A DNA stretch of 64,000 bases from a bacterium (lineage in GTDB: Bacteria; UBA8248): NCBI GenBank assembly GCA_963692865.2, contig OY843592.1, positions 3,232,001 through 3,296,000 on the forward strand, read 5' to 3'. Below, piece after piece: positions 1-10,188 of this stretch. Made by a program: the position numbers and the translations under genes. Under the pieces are notes generated by a model. The model made no database searches. It saw nothing but the letters and a program-made list of their open reading frames with translations, and was not told the DNA's origin. The stretch's first letter is position 1, and each line of letters starts with the position of its first letter.

Positions 1-284
1 TGCAGGTTGGAAAGCTTGTTATTTCGGATAGCTTGGTGTCAAAACTACGCAAGCATGTTAAACAAAAGTGGTATTGGGAGCCTGGAAAATATGAATTGAT
101 TTTTTCATGCACAGTGAAAGGCAGAAATTATGAAGTAGTTCATTCCTTAAAACTCTCGGAGGATGAGGTGTCAAAAATGAGGCGCATATCCAAATATTAT
201 GCATCTGGGTTTGGAATTTTTTATGGTTACCATTTAGCACCTATCATGGATGCGCAGCCAGCGTTCTATGCGAATAAAAAATGA
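1..284 (+). CDS. 3' part of a hypothetical protein (probably starts upstream of the window)
   Basis: AT-rich ORF 33..284 with protein-like composition; frame is open back to the window edge. Confidence 0.45.
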   Translation, partial: QVGKLVISDSLVSKLRKHVKQKWYWEPGKYELIFSCTVKGRNYEVVHSLKLSEDEVSKMRRISKYYASGFGIFYGYHLAPIMDAQPAFYANKK

Positions 285-588
285 ATACTTTGTATTACCT
301 CATATTCTAGGATAATAATTTCGTCGAATTTTATGAAAGTTGATTTGTATATAGAGAGTATTTTCGAGTTTCGGTCAAATCTGGTGTATGGCTTGGAGCA
401 GATAAACATTGACGGCCTGCATGCCCTTATACACCAGCTTCTATAACGGCTTACAATCTATCGATTACAACCCGAACGACCTAGGTCCCTGGACGAACCT
501 ATCCTCTCACCTGTGCGGCGACATAGAAGAAGTTGTTTTTGGCGCATTCTAGCGCAACGGTCTGATTCAGCCTTAGGCGCACGGCTCA

Positions 589-973
589 AGCCCGGAAACG
601 AATCTGGCGGAAAATCAGGCTCTGTCGTGAAGTGCAAGCTGGTCAGGGCGTTTGTTGGGCTTCACTTCCAAATCGGATTCGCTCGCCGGAGCAGCCGATT
701 TGACTATCAACCTCTCAACGCTCGCCAGCCGGATTGACTTTACTGGCCTTGAGCACTGGGGCGTGAATAACGTTCCCGGCCCTATCGGCTCGAAAACGAT
801 GTGGAATGACGGTGACTTACGCTATGGCGTCATTATCCGGGGTAATACGTTCAATCAATCTGGGTGGCGACGCTGGGGAGGTTACGGGCGCGTTCTTTGG
901 AGCACGGCACGAAGGAATGGGAGGTGTTGTCGAGAGAAGCGATATGTCTGCCGGATTTGGTGGAACGCGATAG
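589..973 (+). pseudogene. decayed transferrin-binding-protein-like beta-barrel lipoprotein C-terminal domain
   Basis: Reads PETNLAENQALS*SASWSGRLLGFTS...GNTFNQS, then after a one-base shift in GGG at 862-864 GGDAGEVTGAFFGARHEGMGGVVERSDMSAGFGGTR*. Premature TGA at 628-630. GAFFG..HE.MGG...FGG.R is a typical TbpB-like barrel ending. Confidence 0.55.
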
Positions 974-1879
974 TATAAGCAAGAATGATGGAATGGGGAC
1001 GGTCAGATATCAAGCTGATTTGTATCTTTTTCTCATTCTAATCAATGAGTCTGGATTTTGTCGACTCTTCCTAGTTATTCCTGAAGAATCACTCCCCTCG
1101 GTACTGCCTTCCGCCCGTTTAAAGACAGTGGGTTGTTTCCAGCAGTTGCGAGATTCCGGTATCCCGCTGATATCATTGAGAAAAACCAATTCTTCTCACT
1201 CTCGTTCGGGGTTCGCTTTCTGCAAGATGTAATCAAAACAGAAGCGGATGAATTCAAAGGCCTGCACAATCCGGCGAGTCTTTGTCGGGGTGATCATTAC
1301 ATGTCGTCGTGATAGCGGGACCGTAACAACGACGGTTCGGTTTCCTGTCCGAACGCGATCTGTCCGGCTCAGTGTTTTCGCCGCCTTCGGATGCTCCAGA
1401 ATGGTTAAGCAGTTCCAGTGAATAGCCAACATTCTCAACTTGGCCTTCATGTCTTTTAACCCGCCCTCATTTCTTGCTTTGACGGTACTTCTGTTCAGAA
1501 CCATCATGGCCCGCCGGAATGTTTGCTTGCAAGTACACTCAGTTCCACTCAGAATGTTGGTTGTAGACAGTTACGATACGATGACGAACTAACGATCATG
1601 CGGCGGAATGACTATGATGAATAGTACATCCATGAGAGCCGAGACCGAAGTTCAGTATATCTACACGCGGTGCATCGTAGAGTTCGGCTTGTTGGCAGGG
1701 CTTCGACGAGGAGTACGAGATATGTGGCTTTGAAGCAACCGAATTCACTGAAATGGAAATGATCGAATTCGAAATGTCTTTCCGCCTCAGCGATGAATTG
1801 TGGCTAATTGTCCATCCTTGGTGACTTTTCAACAACCGGTTATGTTGCATTGTACTCGATTGGAAAAGGAAGCTTGGTT

Positions 1880-2209
1880 ATGCCGCTAACAAGCGTTTGG
1901 GAAGTTTTTCTCGTAGGTACTCTCGGCGGCGTCTTTCTCGAGTTGATCCATTGGTGGAACTTGAGGCGCCGAAACCCACGTTTTCCAAATTACGTCAAGT
2001 CGGCCTTTTATTGGGTCGTGACGATTCTTATGGCTATCGCCGGCGGCGCTCTTGCAACATTTTACTTTGGCGGACAAGCTGAAGCTATTGTCGCACTCCA
2101 TGTCGGGATATCAGCCCCGCTTATATTCCAGAAACTCGCTACGACAATGGCGCAACCTGGCGCACGCTCCATGGATGGTCAGGGCATGATAGATTTTTTT
2201 AGCTGGTAG
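1880..2209 (+). CDS. small 3-TM membrane protein (109 aa), operonic with the caspase-like protease
   Basis: ATG at 1880 after AAGGA; three hydrophobic segments (VFLVGTLGGVFLELI, FYWVVTILMAIAGGALATFYF, AIVALHVGISAPLIF); 7 bp upstream of the next gene. Confidence 0.75.
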   Translation: MPLTSVWEVFLVGTLGGVFLELIHWWNLRRRNPRFPNYVKSAFYWVVTILMAIAGGALATFYFGGQAEAIVALHVGISAPLIFQKLATTMAQPGARSMDGQGMIDFFSW

Positions 2210-2216
2210 TCTCACC

Positions 2217-4814
2217 ATGCGCGTTGGAGCGGCGATCTTTGGCATATCAGAATATTCTGATATCAACCTAAATACAGGTGCAAATAAGTTACTTTATGCC
2301 AGCGAAGATGTCCTGTCCTTCGAAAGATACGTTCGAGCAGCTTGGTCAACTGCAACTCTTCTGACAATTGAATGCTGGACGGATCATTCAGCCACTTCGT
2401 CCGAATGGTCCTCTTCAATAGAGCGGCTGGCTGCCTTCAAACTCGACCTTTTTATTGTCTATCTCGCTGGACATGCCTTTCGTACTGAACAGGACAATGC
2501 TGTTTTCTGCTTGGCGGACGCTCATGGCAATGACGGTGTTCTCACTTCCGAGGAAATCGATCGAGCATTCGAATCCATAGGTGCGGGCACATCCGTGCTT
2601 TTTCTTGATTGCTGTCATGCAGAAGCTGTCGTCGCCGGAACGCGGTTCTTTCGTGTGTTGGACGGAAGCCGTGCGCGCCTCTTTTTATGCTCTGCGCGGT
2701 CGGAGCAAAGGGCTTGGGAGGACAGCACAATTCAGCACGGACTGTTTTCCAACGCCGTCATCCGCGGACTAGCCGACACCTCACCGCTCTCAAGCGTCGA
2801 CGGCTATGTCGACGTAGACGATCTTTTCATATTTGTTTGCGAGGATGTCTCGAAACGAGCCTTCGCTCAAAAAAACCAAGCGCGCCAAGAACCGGTCCGC
2901 GGAGGCATGAGCACCTCCCGGGTGCGAATGCCGACAGCGTCAGTCGCAGAGCTAGGAGATCAGATATCCACGTATCAAGCCCTCGCCACCACCTTTAGGC
3001 GCTGGTTGACTCGGGCTGCTGTGTTTTTGATCGCATTTATCGTAATTACCGACCTCTCCTACCAGCATCTTATGATCGACTCAGAGGGGGATATCGTCGC
3101 GCGTTCGGGCTTGCGAATCTTTGATCCGCTTCGGCGCATGCTTCCAGGTGGAATCATTGATACTGGTTTCGATCGTAGTGATCTCGACCAGAATCCAGAC
3201 GCAAACACAGGAGCCTTCAGTAAACTTGTGAATGGAAGTCTTTTGGCCAATCGTCTACGTTATTCAACCGCTTGGCCCACGAAGCTGGGCCCACTCTTGA
3301 AAACGGAGGCCCGGCAAAAGCTATCGATTTTCCTCCACGCTCGTTTGGACGACGGGGCTGACGGCTACAACTCGGCTGTTCATGGGCCACGAATTGAAGA
3401 GTTCCTTACTCTAAAAACACTTGATCAGACCATGGATGTCGATAGTGTCAAAAAGGCCTTCGCCTACGATCTGCCGAATATTGATCTGGGCTGCTGGGAG
3501 AATATCGTCAATAAAATCGATTTCACACTGTCAAACCCATCGACAACCCGATTTCTAAAAGAACTGGATTGGCACTTCTTGGTGACCGTTGATACTGATG
3601 ATCGCAATAAGAGCTTCGGCAAGTTGTTAAAGATTGTGGCATATCGTCATGTAGCCGATGCGCGGGAACGCGCTTCGGGCATCCGCAATTTGAAATATGA
3701 CGGTGTTCGCGAATTTGCTCGACTCGCTGATTGGGCACGCTCGCCCCGGTTCCGGTCAGTCATTTCTGAAATCAAGCACCCGAATTCTTGGTGTGCATTG
3801 TCAGAAGTCTTTGTCGTCGCTCTCACTGACGATGACAAAGCAGCGAGCAACGCCGAGGGAATTCTCCTGGCACAGCTCGAAACATACGATAAAGCCGAAA
3901 CAGGCGACGTGTTGAATAGCGGCGCTGCGATGGCTCTATCGTTGCTCGCCATCGTTGCCCGTCATCGTTATCTTGAAGAACGAACCGTAGACCGTGTTTC
4001 GCGCTTCTTGCGAACGGATGAACGCGGCCTTGATGGCCCACCAGAATTTGCAGAATGGCTCACAGCAATTGCTCCTCTCATGCCGTTCCCCAAAGACACG
4101 CGCGGGTTTCTGTTGGACACACTTTCGGCCCCCATGGAGGAACATGAATTCAAGCAGTTAACGGCCTTTGAAATTCTTGCTCGGAATGCTCAGCATTTGA
4201 GCGAGCAGGATCGCGCCGTCGTGGAGCGCTGGGCTCAGCAGAACCGTGAAAAGTTTGGCACCTTTGACTCCTATGTGAACGGCATTGCATATCTCGCCGC
4301 TTCCCTGCCAGACGGATTTGTACATGATTACCTGTCTTCGGTGATGGCTCGCACCAACTCGGCCCGTGCCATCGCGCCACCGCGGGAGTCGTGGCGTGGC
4401 GACATGCTGATTTCGCAGAGCGATGTTCCGGAATGGCTAGCAATTTCGCGGATCGCGCAGGGTATGCTGCTTCAGGACCATGTTGCAAACGAGCTTGTTG
4501 CCTTTGCCAGTGTCGCCTCCCCTGAAGAAACCCGAAGGGAAGCCCTTCTTGCCGTGGCTCATCAGTTAAAGGTCATCCGCACCAGTGATTGGCAAGGCTT
4601 GCGACGAACGCTCGCACGCTTCGCTGCCGATGGCCAGAAGCGCGATTTACTGGCCGAAGCGACGGGTTTGCACATTTGTGGTGAAACAACTGCCGAAAGG
4701 GAAGCCCATCTTAATGAGATCTTACGTATTTGGACTATGGAAAGGGTGCCGATTCTCCGGATCGGACTAGCCAAGACGCTAAAGCACGCGGCGCAATGCG
4801 CATTGACTAGATGA
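2217..4814 (+). CDS. caspase-family (peptidase C14) protease with TM anchor and long alpha-helical C-terminal domain
   Basis: N-terminal AAIFGISEY strand, YLAGHA (catalytic His), FLDCCHA (catalytic Cys), HGLFSNAVIRGL, QEP; TM AAVFLIAFIVITDL near residue 270; ~580 aa helical HEAT-like tail. Confidence 0.85.
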   Translation: MRVGAAIFGISEYSDINLNTGANKLLYASEDVLSFERYVRAAWSTATLLTIECWTDHSATSSEWSSSIERLAAFKLDLFIVYLAGHAFRTEQDNAVFCLADAHGNDGVLTSEEIDRAFESIGAGTSVLFLDCCHAEAVVAGTRFFRVLDGSRARLFLCSARSEQRAWEDSTIQHGLFSNAVIRGLADTSPLSSVDGYVDVDDLFIFVCEDVSKRAFAQKNQARQEPVRGGMSTSRVRMPTASVAELGDQISTYQALATTFRRWLTRAAVFLIAFIVITDLSYQHLMIDSEGDIVARSGLRIFDPLRRMLPGGIIDTGFDRSDLDQNPDANTGAFSKLVNGSLLANRLRYSTAWPTKLGPLLKTEARQKLSIFLHARLDDGADGYNSAVHGPRIEEFLTLKTLDQTMDVDSVKKAFAYDLPNIDLGCWENIVNKIDFTLSNPSTTRFLKELDWHFLVTVDTDDRNKSFGKLLKIVAYRHVADARERASGIRNLKYDGVREFARLADWARSPRFRSVISEIKHPNSWCALSEVFVVALTDDDKAASNAEGILLAQLETYDKAETGDVLNSGAAMALSLLAIVARHRYLEERTVDRVSRFLRTDERGLDGPPEFAEWLTAIAPLMPFPKDTRGFLLDTLSAPMEEHEFKQLTAFEILARNAQHLSEQDRAVVERWAQQNREKFGTFDSYVNGIAYLAASLPDGFVHDYLSSVMARTNSARAIAPPRESWRGDMLISQSDVPEWLAISRIAQGMLLQDHVANELVAFASVASPEETRREALLAVAHQLKVIRTSDWQGLRRTLARFAADGQKRDLLAEATGLHICGETTAEREAHLNEILRIWTMERVPILRIGLAKTLKHAAQCALTR

Positions 4815-5442
4815 ACAGATTCAGGCTCAGGCCAGTGGCATCGACCTCGGGACGACTACCCCAGAACTCGTTGACTGCCTATTCCGGTCACTCAAGGAAT
4901 CGTCGCCCCTTCGGCGAGCGGTGATTCCAAGACGAGTTCCGTCTCGATGATGAGCGCCGTGCGGTGCAGGGCCCCCGGCTCGAAACGACTGACAGATATA
5001 AGCAAACAAGTCTATTCTCGCTCATAATGTATATGTTGAGTTCATAGCCGGGATGAAGAAAGCTACTAAACAAATTTCTATCTGCCACCACGACTTACAC
5101 CAAATCTGCTATTCCACATCTAAAGCCTTCGCCCGTTTATGGAAATCAGGGGATATTCAAAGGAGGCGGAATCCTTGCAGATGGCTGAAATTGCTGTTTT
5201 TACGAATCCCGTCGGGGATTTGCCCGTCTGCAATAAGTAATCAAATCGAAAGCGGGTGAATTATAACCCCTGCGCATCCCTGCGAATCCGTGTCTCCAAA
5301 AGATGGGATGGACGCACTTCCCGAAAACATCTCACTGGGGCGAGGTGGGGTTGTTACCGCCCGGTACGCGAAATACCGAACCTGGTAAGATTTGCAAACT
5401 ATACGGCTTTGCTTTATATTCATCCCTCAAAGGAGATGAATT

Positions 5443-6033
5443 ATGCCTGTCACAGCCGATTTGACAATCAGGGAAACTGCTGCCCTCTCGGGAGTGGCCC
5501 GGACAACGATCGAAAAAGCCCTGGAAGCCCGCGTCTTGCAGGCCCTCTCCGGCCCGGCCCGTCTTCGCGGTGGCTCGATGCGCTACCTCCCGGTCCGGGC
5601 CGTGGTCTATTTTCATACCCTGAAAGCAGCCAATCTTACGGACCTGCCTTTGCGCCATAAACGGGCGATCTGGACGAATATGGTCCGGCTTGAACCCATG
5701 CAGCTTGAGACCATCGAATTCACTCCCGGTGCGATGCTGGATCTCAAGCGTCTCGCGGCGGACTCTCTACGTAACGCCGAACGATACCGAAAAGCCCGCG
5801 ATCGATACATCACATCGGATGAGGACATCCTCGGTGGTACACCGATCATAGCCGGAACACGGTTGACGGTTTACGCGATTCTCGGGCGGCTGCAGGACGG
5901 AGACAATATCGATGAGCTCGCAGAGGACTACCCGGAGATTCCGCGCGAAGCGTTCGAGGCCGCCGAGATCTACGCCAAATCCCATCCGCTCCGAGGACGC
6001 CCGTCCGGCAGACCCTGGCGAAACGCGGCTTAG
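5443..6033 (+). CDS. DUF433-domain antitoxin with N-terminal HTH (VapB45-like)
   Basis: LTIRETAALSGV HTH-like start; ILGGTPIIAGTRLTV...IDELAEDYPEI DUF433 signature; AAGGAG RBS. Confidence 0.85.
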   Translation: MPVTADLTIRETAALSGVARTTIEKALEARVLQALSGPARLRGGSMRYLPVRAVVYFHTLKAANLTDLPLRHKRAIWTNMVRLEPMQLETIEFTPGAMLDLKRLAADSLRNAERYRKARDRYITSDEDILGGTPIIAGTRLTVYAILGRLQDGDNIDELAEDYPEIPREAFEAAEIYAKSHPLRGRPSGRPWRNAA

Positions 6034-6053
6034 GTGACGGTTCCAGTAAGACG

Positions 6054-6440
6054 ATGCGGTTGTTTCTCGATGAGTGCCTGTCGCCTAAAATTGCCCAGGC
6101 TCTGAATGCCGAGGGGGTTCATGTTGCCCTGCATCCGCGCGACTTCGGTGGGCTGGGCGCGTCGGATCACCACGTCCTGGCCCGGTGTGTCGAGCAGGAC
6201 CTTGTACTCGTAACGGCCAACGCGCGTGATTTCTGCGCCCTCGTCGCCACAAAGGAAGTGCATCCCGGCCTCGTCATCCTGCCGAGCGTGGGCCGGGAAC
6301 GCTCGGAGTCACTGCTGCGGGACGCGATTGCTTTCCTGTCTGGGCACGGCGACCCGATGAACATCATGGTCAACCATGTTCTCGAAGTGTCGATAGAGGC
6401 GGAAATGACGCTTTCTATGTTACCGGAACAAGAGCAGTGA
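6054..6440 (+). CDS. DUF5615 PIN-like toxin (VapC45-like)
   Basis: MRLFLDECLS, GASDHHVL, VLVTANARDF, HPGLVIL motifs; directly downstream of the DUF433 gene. Confidence 0.85.
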   Translation: MRLFLDECLSPKIAQALNAEGVHVALHPRDFGGLGASDHHVLARCVEQDLVLVTANARDFCALVATKEVHPGLVILPSVGRERSESLLRDAIAFLSGHGDPMNIMVNHVLEVSIEAEMTLSMLPEQEQ

Positions 6441-6485
6441 GCACTCGACAACGGCCCTGTCATTCACTTCAATCCATATCGAGGA

Positions 6486-9400
6486 ACAGATTTCCGCACT
6501 CTCGACGGCGCGTCCGGGTGGAATCGCTTTGAGGTATTGCTCAACGCCTTTCGGCATCACAGATTTCCGCACCTGACAAGACTTTCAAACAGGTCCACGG
6601 CAAGAACAAGTGCTCAACGCCTTTCGGCATCACAGATTTCCGCACCCGGTTCGGTACGAACTGCTTGGGCTTCGTGGGCGAGTGCTCAACGCCTTTCGGC
6701 ATCACAGATTTCCGCACCCGTTCCTTCTTCCTTTCCGTTCATGATGTTGTAATGTGCTCAACGCCTTTCGGCATCACAGATTTCCGCACTTGGCCGATCC
6801 TCTCCTGGGGTTTCTTCATTCGAAGTGCTCAACGCCTTTCGGCATCACAGATTTCCGCACTTTGATTACGTAAATCCTTCTGTCTTTGCCTCCAGGTGCT
6901 CAACGCCTTTCGGCATCACAGATTTCCGCACTTTGATTACGTAAATCCTTCTGTCTTTGCCTCCAGGTGCTCAACGCCTTTCGGCATCACAGATTTCCGC
7001 ACCCCCGCGCATCGAGCCGGTCTTGATGTCGATGATGTGCTCAACGCCTTTCGGCATCACAGATTTCCGCACAGTTTCCCCATGACGTCGATTTCCGGTT
7101 CTTCCCCCTGTGCTCAACGCCTTTCGGCATCACAGATTTCCGCACCAGCCGGGAGCCGGGAGAGGGGGAGAATCCCTCCAGTGCTCAACGCCTTTCGGCA
7201 TCACAGATTTCCGCACACCCAGACGGAACCGAACCGCACGACCTGGACATAATGTGCTCAACGCCTTTCGGCATCACAGATTTCCGCACGTGTCGCGCTT
7301 TTTGCTTCTAGCGCAAATAGCCTAGGTGCTCAACGCCTTTCGGCATCACAGATTTCCGCACGCAAGCCATCGACTCTAGCTGCGACTTGCTCAATGTGCT
7401 CAACGCCTTTCGGCATCACAGATTTCCGCACTAATTTTGAAGGATTATTCTTTCCAGCCCATTTTCTTGTGCTCAACGCCTTTCGGCATCACAGATTTCC
7501 GCACACCGCAGCTACACTCAGAACACGTCGTTCTCGTTCAGTGCTCAACGCCTTTCGGCATCACAGATTTCCGCACCCGTCCATCCGATAGAGACTTGCC
7601 AGATTTCTTCGGTGCTCAACGCCTTTCGGCATCACAGATTTCCGCACTTCTTTCCCCAGGTGGTCCGCCACGTGGTCTCTGAGTGCTCAACGCCTTTCGG
7701 CATCACAGATTTCCGCACCTTGCGCTCGAAGTAAGGCGTTGACAAGGCCCCCTTTGTGCTCAACGCCTTTCGGCATCACAGATTTCCGCACGCGCCTGAA
7801 TCTCCTGCTCCCGCAATACGACGGATGTGCTCAACGCCTTTCGGCATCACAGATTTCCGCACCAAATACCAGGCGGAAGCGTGGCAACGATTTTTCAAAG
7901 TGCTCAACGCCTTTCGGCATCACAGATTTCCGCACGCGAAACGTGCCGGTGGTGTCGGTGCGGACGTATGGGTGCTCAACGCCTTTCGGCATCACAGATT
8001 TCCGCACTTCCTGCCCTTCGCCTTGTGCTTGATATGGTGCAAGTGCTCAACGCCTTTCGGCATCACAGATTTCCGCACAGGCTCCAGTCCGCCAGACAAC
8101 GAAAAGGCCGGTGTGTGCTCAACGCCTTTCGGCATCACAGATTTCCGCACTACCTTCTAGATACTCGAATCTTTGGGACTGTGATGTGCTCAACGCCTTT
8201 CGGCATCACAGATTTCCGCACGATAACCCTTACGATTTTTAGATACAGGGGATATCCAAGTGCTCAACGCCTTTCGGCATCACAGATTTCCGCACTGGCC
8301 GGCCTCCTCCCAGGCTACAAACAGGAGCCGTGCTCAACGCCTTTCGGCATCACAGATTTCCGCACCGTATTCACCCTTTCTCCGGTTTGAATTTCAAATG
8401 TGTGCTCAACGCCTTTCGGCATCACAGATTTCCGCACAACGTCGCCATCGAAGATCATTTGAATCCGATCCGGTGCTCAACGCCTTTCGGCATCACAGAT
8501 TTCCGCACGAACGTCCCCGGCCCGGACCATTGAATTGTGGATATGTGCTCAACGCCTTTCGGCATCACAGATTTCCGCACGATTTCTCGGCCGCGATCTT
8601 CGGCAGGGACATCAGGTGCTCAACGCCTTTCGGCATCACAGATTTCCGCACGATCGTCTTCATGCTCAGCTATCCCCCACAAGTCAGGTGCTCAACGCCT
8701 TTCGGCATCACAGATTTCCGCACACTTCCGAGATAGGGGAATCCCCCACCGATGCCAAGTGCTCAACGCCTTTCGGCATCACAGATTTCCGCACGCATCA
8801 GCCGTACAACTGGAAAAAGCAAGGACCTTGTGCTCAACGCCTTTCGGCATCACAGATTTCCGCACGCTATTATACTCTTTTCCACTATCTATAATTTCTA
8901 TTGTGCTCAACGCCTTTCGGCATCACAGATTTCCGCACTTTTCCAATACCCTGAACAATGGGATATCGATTTTGTGCTCAACGCCTTTCGGCATCACAGA
9001 TTTCCGCACGCGCGCGAGTTCCATCCGCTCGGCGAGGGATACGAAGTGCTCAACGCCTTTCGGCATCACAGATTTCCGCACGCTTTATTCTTTCGACCAA
9101 TCGCAAGAATTCAATGTGCTCAACGCCTTTCGGCATCACAGATTTCCGCACGTCCTTGGAGCGCTTTCGGAACTCGGGTATGGTCTGGGTGCTCAACGCC
9201 TTTCGGCATCACAGATTTCCGCACCTTGAGCAGGCCAGCGACGCGGATCAGCTGAAGATATGTGCTCAACGCCTTTCGGCATCACAGATTTCCGCACGCA
9301 AGCGACACGGCGGAAGAGGTTTGCGTTGCGTTGTGCTCAACGCCTTTCGGCATCACAGATTTCCGCACTTCGAATGAAGCGACGGCGGCATCATATAAAA

Positions 9401-9654
9401 CCTGTGCTCAACGCCTTTCGGCATCACAGATTTCCGCACCGCCCGATACGATCGGCCAAATCGTTCAATTCCCTGTGCTCAACGCCTTTCGGCATCACAG
9501 ATTTCCGCACCCGCATAGGTGAGAACCTGCGACGATCCGTCCCCATGTGCTCAACGCCTTTCGGCATCACAGATTTCCGCACCTTGATGAGCATATCGCA
9601 AACTTGATAAGGGTATTTGTGCTCAACGCCTTTCGGCATCACAGATTTCCGCAC
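6486..9654 (-). CRISPR. CRISPR array: 44 full 36-bp repeats (GTGCGGAAATCTGTGATGCCGAAAGGCGTTGAGCAC as transcribed) plus one 14-bp truncated terminal repeat, 44 spacers of 34-38 bp
   Basis: + strand repeat GTGCTCAACGCCTTTCGGCATCACAGATTTCCGCAC from 6537 to 9654. Degenerate end on the left (TTGCTC variant at 6537, partial ACAGATTTCCGCAC at 6486-6499) and leader on the cas2 side give minus orientation. GATGCCG..AGGCGTTGAGCAC is the Myxan/I-B repeat type. Confidence 0.98.
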
Positions 9655-9903
9655 ATTACATGTCTAACTGTTTGTTTCTGAAAAACAAGCGGTTCGGCAT
9701 GTCATGCATCTTCCTGAATTTGACATATACCATATCTCACCAGACTTCCCGGTATGAAAAATGCTGATATTTCCGGCACTTATGAGCGGCAAGCATCTCA
9801 CGGCATACAGCACCTGTCCAAGTCACTGAAATTACGTTTGATATCTGCATTCTTCGCTGTATCTCTTTCGTCCATCCGAAAGTGCTTGTTATCTGAAAAC
9901 ACA
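9655..9903 (-). promoter_or_regulatory. CRISPR leader
   Basis: AT-richer non-coding stretch between the cas2 stop and the first perfect repeat. Confidence 0.75.
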
Positions 9904-10188
9904 CTAAACGATATCGAAGCGCGGCGGCGGCTCCGCCCATGATCGCCTTTCAGTACGTTCTACGATCTGACAACGCGGGGAGAGCCGGATCACGAGCAGA
10001 TCGTCTTCCTCTTCCATCGCTTTCTCCAGTTCATGTCGCGCCTGTTCCATCTGCGCCTGCGTCAAGTGGCATCTGAACAGGGAATACTGCAACCGCTCCC
10101 CGTAGCCGGTCACGACTTTGTACACCTGCCGCCACCGCTTTGGGTCGCGGATATCATAACTGAAAAGATACCAGTGCCTCTCGCTCAT
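9904..10188 (-). CDS. cas2: CRISPR-associated endonuclease Cas2
   Basis: YLFSYDIRDPKRWRQVYK, YGERLQYSLFRC; ATGA overlap with the cas1 stop. Confidence 0.95.
   Translation of the reverse strand: MSERHWYLFSYDIRDPKRWRQVYKVVTGYGERLQYSLFRCHLTQAQMEQARHELEKAMEEEDDLLVIRLSPRCQIVERTERRSWAEPPPRFDIV

Noticed and set aside
1196-1850. Short ORFs (1196..1507, 1596..1850) as resolvase or other gene remnants
   Set aside because: No convincing motif; only vague resemblance
5420-6536. Terminal spacer (crRNA 5' TACCTCAAAG) as a guide repressing the TA RBS region (CCCTCAAAGGAG)
   Set aside because: Only 8 contiguous matches, a seed mismatch at position 2 and no recognisable PAM; compatible with chance
7146-7180. 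Spacer similarity to 22340-22352 (GGGAGCCGGG) suggesting self-targeting
   Set aside because: About 10 bp of low-complexity GC match; no full self-match was noticed by eye, though an exhaustive search was not possible
6537-9654. Many ORFs with repeated MLNAFRHHRFPH / CSTPFGITDFRT peptides
   Set aside because: Translations of the CRISPR repeat, which has no stop codon in the + frames; not genes
9680-9812. Repeat-like fragments in the leader (TTCGGCAT, GATATTTCCGGCAC) as extra degenerate repeats
   Set aside because: Too short and off-register; may be leader motifs but cannot be supported as repeats
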